DNA from: Candidatus Iainarchaeum sp.
GTDB lineage: Archaea; Iainarchaeota; Iainarchaeia; Iainarchaeales; CSSED10-239
DNA: 5,066 nt
Reading direction: 5' to 3'
Assembly (NCBI GenBank): GCA_937968065.1
Contig: CALBUD010000055.1
Coordinates: 1-5,066, forward strand
Notes under the pieces: model-generated
What the model saw: the letters and a program-made list of their open reading frames with translations, nothing else
Told to the model about the DNA's origin: nothing
The model's database searches: none
Made by a program: the position numbers and the translations under genes
In this document: piece by piece, positions 1-5,066 of the stretch
How positions within the stretch are numbered: position 1 is the stretch's first letter
Layout of the letters: every line of letters starts with the position of its first letter

Positions 1-5
1 TATTT

Positions 6-74
6 ATGATGAAAAATATAAAGAATCTATTATTAATTTTTTTATTTACAATTTTTTTAACAAGTTTTATATCT
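6..74 (+). other. Signal peptide (or N-terminal signal anchor) of the surface protein; cleavage site uncertain
   Basis: MMKNIKN (basic/polar n-region), then LLLIFLFTIFLTSFI (h-region), then S-P-Y-T. The exact cleavage position cannot be fixed by eye. Confidence 0.7.
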
Positions 75-3000
75 CCTTATACAATAACAAGTTTAAATGT
101 TGTTGATGATTTTACAAACAGTGATTCTCAATCATATAAAGTTGAAATTTCAGCAACAGGTGGGGATTCAATAATTCCTTTAAAGATTAATTCTACAAAA
201 CAAGGTTCTGAAATAGATTTTAATGCTAGTTTAATTTCTGGAACAGATTATGAAGCTTATTTTTATATAGACTTAACTTCTTCTTCAAGTTCAACACATT
301 CAACTGGTTGGCCAAAAATAATTGTAAACTCTACAGATACTGTTGTTGTTTCTCATGTATCTCCTTCTTTTTCAGATTCTTTAATAGTTGATATAGTAAG
401 GCCTGTGATTGGAACTTTTAACTTATCTTCTTTAGGTTCAAATGTTACAACCTATTATAAAGGAAATGTAAATCTTTTATTATCTGATTTTTCAGATGCA
501 TTTACATATATTAAAAGATATATAGCTTATGTTGTTCTAATATCAAATGTAAATACTTTTAAAACAAATTATACAAAAAGAATAATTACAGACACAAATT
601 CAACAACTATTGATTTAGCTCTTCCAACAGAAGTTAGTGATGGTAATTATTATGTTTTAGTAGATTCTGAAGATGCTGCTGGAAATACTGGTCTTGAATC
701 AACAATTATAAATAATAAAAAAATAATGTATGTAGATAATACTGGTCCTGATGTTACAAGTTTTAATTTTGGAACTTTAGTTGATGAAGAAACTTATTAT
801 GTTCCAACTTCTAATTTTCTACTTACAATTGGTTTAGAAGATACGGGGGTAGGAATAAATGAAACAAATCCAAATACTAAAATTGATATTATTGATCCTC
901 AATCAACTCCAATAATTTTATATAAAGATTATAATTCTTCTTTTGGTGGTTTTTATGTACCAATAAATCAAGAGATTTCTTCTGGTAGTTATCAAGTATC
1001 TTTTGTTGCAGAAGATCTTTTAGGAAATACTACTGAAAAAGAATTTGAAATTATGATTGATTCAACTTCTCCAACAACTCCAACAGCTCCAACAACAATT
1101 ACAAGAACTATTGACAATAACGTTACAATTTCAACATGGGGGACATCAACAGATGCTGGAAGTGGTTTAAAAGAATATAAAATATATAGATCAACCTCTT
1201 CTTTTACAACAGTTACAAATCAAACATTAATCTGTACAGTTTTACCTGCAGCACCAAAAACTTGTCTTGACACTTCTTCAAAATCAGATAATACAACTTA
1301 TTATTATGGAGTTTCAGCAATAGACAATGCAGGAAATAAAAGTTCAGTAAATCCTGTAAGTATAAAAACAGGTCCTTCATTATCAGTAGATGTTGATTTT
1401 GAGTATTCTAATTATATAGGTGTTACAAATCCTGTTATTGAGCTTGAGTATAGTAGTGATGTTAATGCTGTAAGATTTAGTTGTAATGGTTCAACTTTTT
1501 CTTCTTGGGTAAATGTTTCAAATACTTCTGTAAATTATAATTCTTTTAATATAACTTCAGGAAATGGTTGTAATACAACACAAGGTGATAAAAAATTATA
1601 TGTTGAAGCAAGAAGTGAAAATTCCCCTTATCTTATAACCAGAAAAACATTAAATTTTAGGTATGATTCTCAAGCACCATCAGTTCCAACAAATGTTTCT
1701 GCAACTCAACAAACAAATGGTGGAATTAAAGTTACTTGGTCTGCATCTACAGATACTGGAAGTGGTCTTAAAGAATATAGGATTTATTATTCTTTAACAG
1801 ATAATGTTACAACCAATTCAAATTATTTTATAACAACAAGCACAGAATATAATTATAGACCAAATGTAAATGAAACCTATTATTTCAAAGTTTTATCTGT
1901 TGATAGAGCTTTAAATAAATCTGCTTTAAGTTCTGGTGTTTCTGCAGTTTCAAAGAGATATGGTTCTTCTTTTACCTTTAATGTTTCTCCAAAGAATGTA
2001 GATGAAAATATTACTTATATAAAAAAAGGCTCTGCTACATTTACAATTACAAGTAGTGAAGCTTTAAAACAAAACCCTATAGTAAGATTAAAAATAGGTT
2101 CTGGTGCATACCAAACTCTTGCAATAAATTATAATAATTTAATAACAACTTTTACATATGATTTTCAAACAAGTGGAGATGGGATTGTAGAAATTACAGG
2201 AGTAAATAATAATAATGAATCTTCAACAGATACTTTTAATTTTGTAGTTGATGCTCAGGTTCCTGATTTTAATATTGTTCATTCATTTAATTCAGAAACA
2301 AAACAAAGAATTTTTTCAATAAATAATTTTTCTGAAGATATTTTTAGAGTTCAATATTTGTTAAATAATAATGAAGAAATTTGTTTTTTAGAAAACTCAG
2401 ATACTAATTATCAATGTATTTTAAATACTTTAGAATATCCTGATGGAGATTATGAAGTATATATTATAGCATATGATCTTTCTTTAAATTATAAAACTAA
2501 GATACATGCTCTTACAATTGATAATGTTGATGATGAACAAGCTTTAAGAAACAATCTTATTAAAGAAGTTTTAGATAATCAAAAGAAAATTGAAGATAAA
2601 CTTTTTTTCTTAAATAATATTTCTTATAAGATTTCTTCAGAAATAAAAAACAAATTTGATTTAGCTAAAGATCAAATATTACAAGCAGAAGCCTTACTTT
2701 CAACAAATATTTCTCAAGCTATAACTCTTTATAATTCAGCTAATAATAGTTTGCTTGAAATTTTAACTGAACTTCCAGTTGAAAAAGTTTTAAAAACAAA
2801 AAATATTGAAATTAATTTTAATAATACTGACTTAAACTTAATTATTTTAGATCAAAATATTATTTCAGATACACTCTCATTTTATGATTTAAATAATTTT
2901 TTAATTTCAAGAGATTTTACTGTTTTTGAACTTTCGGGTCAAAATTTTTATTCTGCTACTTTAAATTTTACAAACAATTCTGATGAAGACAAAGTTATTT

Positions 3001-3542
3001 CTTTTATAGAGTATATACCAAAAGAATTTTCAAAAAAAACAAGAAATATATATTTTGATGTAAATATTATTGTTATTGATGAGGATCCAATTGTTTTATA
3101 TAATTTAACAATTCCTAAAAATTCAACTGTTTCAACAAAATATATAAATACAAATGCAATAACAAGTTTTGATATTTTAACTACTTTTGAAAGAATTAGT
3201 TTTTCAGATCCTGTTTTGCTTTTAGGGAATGTAGATAAAGAAGATGTTAATATTAAAACTCCTTTATTTGATAGAAAAACTTTATTAATAATATCTGTAT
3301 CTGCTTTAATATTTATTATATTAGTTTTAATAATATCTTTAATATTTTCTGCAAATAAAAAGAAAGATAATGTTATAACTAAGTTAGATTCAAAAGATTC
3401 TGTAAATAAATATCTTGGAAATAAAATAGATAGTAATTTAGAAGATGTTATTTATAGAAAAGAAAGTGCTTTAGAAGAAGATAATAAACATAGTAGTAAT
3501 TATGACTATATATTAAATGCAGTTAAAAGAGATAAAAAATAA
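6..3542 (+). CDS. Large type I membrane-anchored cell-surface protein (S-layer/adhesin-like) built from tandem Ig-like and FN3-like beta-sandwich modules
   Basis: Uninterrupted 1178-codon ORF in a sequence where the other frames are full of stops. ATG ATG at 6/9 is followed directly by a K/N-rich n-region and the hydrophobic run LLLIFLFTIFLTSFI. A module-junction motif h-h-D-x-x-x-P recurs (IVDIVRPV, YVDNTGPDV, MIDSTSPT, RYDSQAPSV, VVDAQVPDF). An F-G-strand-like motif Y-x-V..(A/S)-x-D-x-x-(G/L)-N-x-(S/T) recurs five times. The TM helix LLIISVSALIFIILVLIISLIFSA is followed by NKKKD (positive-inside). TAA stop at 3540..3542. Confidence 0.85.
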   Translation: MMKNIKNLLLIFLFTIFLTSFISPYTITSLNVVDDFTNSDSQSYKVEISATGGDSIIPLKINSTKQGSEIDFNASLISGTDYEAYFYIDLTSSSSSTHSTGWPKIIVNSTDTVVVSHVSPSFSDSLIVDIVRPVIGTFNLSSLGSNVTTYYKGNVNLLLSDFSDAFTYIKRYIAYVVLISNVNTFKTNYTKRIITDTNSTTIDLALPTEVSDGNYYVLVDSEDAAGNTGLESTIINNKKIMYVDNTGPDVTSFNFGTLVDEETYYVPTSNFLLTIGLEDTGVGINETNPNTKIDIIDPQSTPIILYKDYNSSFGGFYVPINQEISSGSYQVSFVAEDLLGNTTEKEFEIMIDSTSPTTPTAPTTITRTIDNNVTISTWGTSTDAGSGLKEYKIYRSTSSFTTVTNQTLICTVLPAAPKTCLDTSSKSDNTTYYYGVSAIDNAGNKSSVNPVSIKTGPSLSVDVDFEYSNYIGVTNPVIELEYSSDVNAVRFSCNGSTFSSWVNVSNTSVNYNSFNITSGNGCNTTQGDKKLYVEARSENSPYLITRKTLNFRYDSQAPSVPTNVSATQQTNGGIKVTWSASTDTGSGLKEYRIYYSLTDNVTTNSNYFITTSTEYNYRPNVNETYYFKVLSVDRALNKSALSSGVSAVSKRYGSSFTFNVSPKNVDENITYIKKGSATFTITSSEALKQNPIVRLKIGSGAYQTLAINYNNLITTFTYDFQTSGDGIVEITGVNNNNESSTDTFNFVVDAQVPDFNIVHSFNSETKQRIFSINNFSEDIFRVQYLLNNNEEICFLENSDTNYQCILNTLEYPDGDYEVYIIAYDLSLNYKTKIHALTIDNVDDEQALRNNLIKEVLDNQKKIEDKLFFLNNISYKISSEIKNKFDLAKDQILQAEALLSTNISQAITLYNSANNSLLEILTELPVEKVLKTKNIEINFNNTDLNLIILDQNIISDTLSFYDLNNFLISRDFTVFELSGQNFYSATLNFTNNSDEDKVISFIEYIPKEFSKKTRNIYFDVNIIVIDEDPIVLYNLTIPKNSTVSTKYINTNAITSFDILTTFERISFSDPVLLLGNVDKEDVNIKTPLFDRKTLLIISVSALIFIILVLIISLIFSANKKKDNVITKLDSKDSVNKYLGNKIDSNLEDVIYRKESALEEDNKHSSNYDYILNAVKRDKK
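1071..1373 (+). repeat. FN3-like module 1 (aa 356-456), preceded by the Thr/Pro linker PTTPTAPTT
   Basis: Carries W-G-T-S-T-D-A-G-S-G-L-K-E-Y-K-I-Y-R, then TTYYYGVSAIDNAGNKS. This fits the prokaryotic FN3 pattern W..s.D...g..gY.iyr ... Y.Y.V.A.D.aGN.S. Confidence 0.7.
1374..1673 (+). other. Beta-sandwich module (aa 457-556) between the two FN3-like modules
   Basis: VRFSCNGSTFSSW ... GDKKLYVEARSENS resembles the common surface-protein module pattern (R/L)-x-S-n-(D/N)-G-x-x-(W/F)-S-x-W ... G-D-G-x-K-x-V-Y-V. It ends at the junction RYDSQAP. Recognised by pattern only; I do not assign a family name. Confidence 0.4.
1674..1952 (+). repeat. FN3-like module 2 (aa 557-649)
   Basis: Carries APSVPTNVSA ... 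IKVTWSASTDTGSGLKEYRIYYS ... ETYYFKVLSVDRALNKS. It shares the W-x-x-S-T-D-x-G-S-G-L-K-E-Y-x-I-Y core with module 1. At the DNA level that core sits exactly 600 nt downstream of the first copy. Confidence 0.7.
2529..2774 (+). other. Predicted alpha-helical (possibly coiled-coil/stalk) segment of the surface protein (aa 842-923)
   Basis: Composition switches abruptly from the beta-rich N/S/T/Y/V pattern to a helix-favouring sequence with no Pro and no Gly: DDEQALRNNLIKEVLDNQKKIEDKLFFLNNISYKISSEIKNKFDLAKDQILQAEALLSTNISQAITLYNSANNSLLEILTEL. The first Pro follows at 2775. Confidence 0.5.
3282..3353 (+). other. C-terminal transmembrane anchor (aa 1093-1116), followed by a 62-aa cytoplasmic tail (3354..3539)
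   Basis: A 24-residue uncharged hydrophobic run, LLIISVSALIFIILVLIISLIFSA, is flanked by DRKT upstream and NKKKD downstream. Confidence 0.8.
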
Positions 3543-3556
3543 AAAACTTTGATTTC

Positions 3557-4741
3557 ATGATTGAAGGAATTGATAGAAGAATTATTATAGTAGGAGGAGG
3601 ACCTGTAGGCCTTTATTGTGCTTTTCTTTTAAAAAAATTAAATCCAAATATAATTATAAGTGTTTTTGAAGAACATAAAGAATGTGGTGTTCCTGTTTGT
3701 TGTAGTGGTCTTATAGATGTTTCAGGTTATGAAAGATTAAAGCTTAAAAATTATTTAGTTTTAAAAGAGTTTTTAATAAATAAAGTTTATGGAAGTCATA
3801 TTTTTGGACCCCTTGAATCAAAAATAAATGTTTTATCAAAAGAAGTTAAAGCATATGTTATTGATAGAGAAAAATTTGATAAAAGTATAAAATCTCTTGC
3901 TGAAAATTATGGTGTTGAAATTTTAACTGAAAAAAGAGTTGTAGAAATTAAAGAAAATTTTATAACTTATTTAGATCTTGTAACTTATGAGAAAAAAGAA
4001 GTTAGATATGATTTTTTAGTTGGAGCTGATGGCCCGAATTCCATTGTTAGAAATACTTTTTTTAATAATATAAAAAATAAAGAGTTTATTCACACTTATC
4101 AAGTTAAAGTTGAAGGTGATTTTGATAAAAGTTCAGTATCTGTTTATTTAGGTGATTTTGCAAAAGATTTTTTTGCATGGATTGTTCCTGAATCAACTTC
4201 TGTTGCAAAAATAGGTTTAGGTGTAACATTAGGAATAAATCCAAAAGAAATGTTTTTAAAATTTAAAGAAAAACATAAAATTAAATATGATATAGAACTT
4301 AGTGAATGCTCTGGAATATTGCCTATTTCAAAACCAATTAACGATTTAGTACATAAAAATGTTCTTCTTGTTGGTGATGCTGCTTGTTTTGTTAAATCTA
4401 CTACAGGTGGTGGTGTTAACTTTGGACTTATGTCTTCTGAAATGGCCGCAAAAGCAATTAATGCAAGAATTAAAGAATATAAAGATATAAATATATATAA
4501 TGATTATTTAAGTAGTTATAGAAAAGAATTAAATTTACATTATAAAATTAGAAATTATTTTTATTCAAAAGATATTTTTAAACAAGATAAATTATTATTA
4601 GATATTAAAAATTCTGAAATTATAGAACTTTTAGAAAAACATGGAAATATGGATTACCCTAGTTTATTTATTAGCAAAATATTATTAAATTATAAATCTT
4701 TAAAGTTATTTCCAGAATATCTTAAGTTTTTATTTAAATAA
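3557..4741 (+). CDS. FAD-dependent oxidoreductase, geranylgeranyl reductase family (probable digeranylgeranylglycerophospholipid/prenyl reductase)
   Basis: Motifs appear in the canonical order. (1) Rossmann dinucleotide-binding IIIVGGGPVGLYCAFLL (GxGxxG at 3593..3610) with an acidic end of beta-2 (VFEE). (2) A Cys-containing CCSGL segment at aa 48-52, near where GGRs carry C-G-(E/G)-G-L. (3) YGSHIFGP. (4) REKFDK. (5) VGADGPNSIVRN (4022..4051). (6) FFAWIVPES..AKIGLG, in place of the GGR Y/F-x-W-V-F-P element. (7) LLVGDAACFVKSTTGGGVNFGLMSSEMAA (GD motif plus TGGG, 4370..4417). The 394-aa length is typical of the family. TAA stop at 4739..4741. Confidence 0.85.
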   Translation: MIEGIDRRIIIVGGGPVGLYCAFLLKKLNPNIIISVFEEHKECGVPVCCSGLIDVSGYERLKLKNYLVLKEFLINKVYGSHIFGPLESKINVLSKEVKAYVIDREKFDKSIKSLAENYGVEILTEKRVVEIKENFITYLDLVTYEKKEVRYDFLVGADGPNSIVRNTFFNNIKNKEFIHTYQVKVEGDFDKSSVSVYLGDFAKDFFAWIVPESTSVAKIGLGVTLGINPKEMFLKFKEKHKIKYDIELSECSGILPISKPINDLVHKNVLLVGDAACFVKSTTGGGVNFGLMSSEMAAKAINARIKEYKDINIYNDYLSSYRKELNLHYKIRNYFYSKDIFKQDKLLLDIKNSEIIELLEKHGNMDYPSLFISKILLNYKSLKLFPEYLKFLFK

Positions 4742-4764
4742 TTTAAAAGAGATGTTTAAGTTAT

Positions 4765-5058
4765 ATGAAACATAAAATAATTTTTTTATTATTATTTATT
4801 TTTTTAATTCCTTTTGTTTTTTCAAATTCTTTTGATTTAAATAACTCATTTATTAATTCTAATTGTAATTATTTACAAATTTCTATTTTAGACAAAAATC
4901 TCTCTAATTTTATTTTAGATGAAAACAATTTATTTATCTTTAATCAAATAGTTTTAGAAAGAAATTTACTTTTAAGAGAGTGTAATTCTTCATTTCCAAT
5001 ATATGTAGATTGTAATCAAGAAATAAATGATTATTTTAGTTTAAGTAGATCGGAATAG
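4765..5058 (+). CDS. Small secreted/membrane orphan protein, 3'-truncated (genuine sequence only to 5046; annotated stop is adapter-derived)
   Basis: ATG at 4765 is followed by MKHKIIFLLLFIFLIPFVFS, a signal-peptide-like sequence, then an N/L/F-rich mature part with three Cys. The last three codons (AGA TCG GAA) and TAG at 5056..5058 lie within the adapter-like 20-mer. I recognise no family. Confidence 0.55.
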   Translation: MKHKIIFLLLFIFLIPFVFSNSFDLNNSFINSNCNYLQISILDKNLSNFILDENNLFIFNQIVLERNLLLRECNSSFPIYVDCNQEINDYFSLSRSE

Positions 5059-5066
5059 CACACGTC
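5047..5066. other. Sequencing-adapter remnant (Illumina TruSeq read-through adapter, 19/20 match) marking an artefactual contig end
   Basis: AGATCGGAATAGCACACGTC compared with the adapter AGATCGGAAGAGCACACGTC has a single G->T mismatch, at 5056. G+C is 50% here against about 25% in the rest of the window. Confidence 0.85.

Noticed and set aside
1-5. Possibility that ORF1 extends upstream of the window (no in-frame stop in the 5 nt before the ATG)
   Set aside because: A complete signal peptide begins immediately at the ATG ATG, so this is very likely the true N-terminus. With only 5 nt upstream, the promoter and any RBS cannot be assessed.
3032-3039. Homopolymer runs (A8 at 3032..3039, A7 at 2021..2027, T7 at 2602..2608, 4781..4787 and 4799..4805) as phase-variation or frameshift sites; the A-run at 2021 also forms an A-AAA-AAA slippery heptamer
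   Set aside because: Runs of this length are expected throughout a ~25% G+C sequence. Alternative frames hit stops almost immediately, and there is no downstream structure or overlapping ORF to suggest programmed slippage.
6-3353. About 35 N-x-S/T sequons (my hand count) in the ectodomain as evidence of specific enrichment for N-glycosylation
   Set aside because: The protein is so rich in Asn, Ser and Thr, partly because of the AT-rich genome, that composition alone predicts a similar number (roughly 25-30 by rough estimate). The sites may well be used, but the count is not evidence of selection.
3501-3512. Y-D-Y-I in the cytoplasmic tail resembling a eukaryotic YxxPhi sorting motif, and hence a eukaryotic or giant-virus origin
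   Set aside because: A four-residue motif is expected by chance. The 14-23-nt intergenic spacing, the lack of introns and the GGR neighbour point to a prokaryotic (probably archaeal) genome.
3282-3542. Possible PGF-CTERM/archaeosortase or LPXTG/sortase-type C-terminal sorting signal
   Set aside because: No PGF or LPXTG-like tripartite motif precedes the helix. The helix is followed by a 62-aa tail rather than a few basic residues at the extreme C-terminus. A plain type I membrane anchor fits better.
3593-3600. GGAGGAGG, the only strong Shine-Dalgarno-like string in the window
   Set aside because: It lies 36 nt inside ORF2 and simply encodes the Gly-Gly-Gly of the GxGxxG FAD-binding loop. 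No suitably spaced in-frame start follows it.
4733-4740. TATA-box-like TTTAAATA about 28 nt upstream of the ORF3 ATG (a leaderless-promoter geometry)
   Set aside because: The geometry is right for an archaeal promoter, but TATA-like octamers are everywhere in this composition. I mention it under a finding and do not call it a feature.
4721-4760. Possible terminator hairpin between ORF2 and ORF3 (cttaa ... ttaag)
   Set aside because: It has only a 5-bp A/T-rich stem, a loop of about 29 nt and no following T-run, so it is not a credible structure.
1-5066. CRISPR arrays, tRNA/rRNA/ncRNA genes, transposase/integrase or terminal inverted repeats, defence or toxin-antitoxin modules, and stop-codon reassignment
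   Set aside because: There are no spaced direct repeats beyond the coding FN3 motif and no GC-rich structured segments. There are no nuclease, ATPase or recombinase-like motifs and no - strand ORFs. All three ORFs read through cleanly in the standard code, with TAA stops for the two complete genes.

Overview
Very AT-rich window (about a quarter G+C by eye) with three tightly packed genes, all on the + strand. Intergenic gaps are 14 nt and 23 nt, and there is no substantial ORF on the - strand. (1) 6..3542 encodes a 1178-aa type I membrane-anchored cell-surface protein. It has an N-terminal signal peptide and a chain of roughly eight ~100-aa beta-sandwich (Ig-like/FN3-like) modules, two of which are clearly related FN3-like copies. 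These are followed by an ~80-aa predicted helical segment, an unassignable ~170-aa membrane-proximal domain, one C-terminal TM helix and a 62-aa charged cytoplasmic tail. A Thr/Pro linker precedes the first FN3-like module. (2) 3557..4741 encodes a 394-aa FAD-dependent oxidoreductase of the geranylgeranyl reductase (GGR) family, with all hallmark motifs legible. (3) 4765 onward encodes a small orphan protein with a signal peptide and three Cys. Its apparent stop codon lies inside a 19/20 match to the Illumina TruSeq adapter at the extreme 3' end (5047..5066), so the gene is really cut off by a contig end. The GGR, the sequon-rich C-terminally anchored surface protein and the absence of Shine-Dalgarno motifs suggest an AT-rich archaeon, possibly a small-genome DPANN-type lineage; that is inference only. 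I see no RNA genes, CRISPR arrays, mobile elements or recognisable defence/toxin machinery. The only candidate 'system' is an envelope-themed cluster, and I do not claim more than that.
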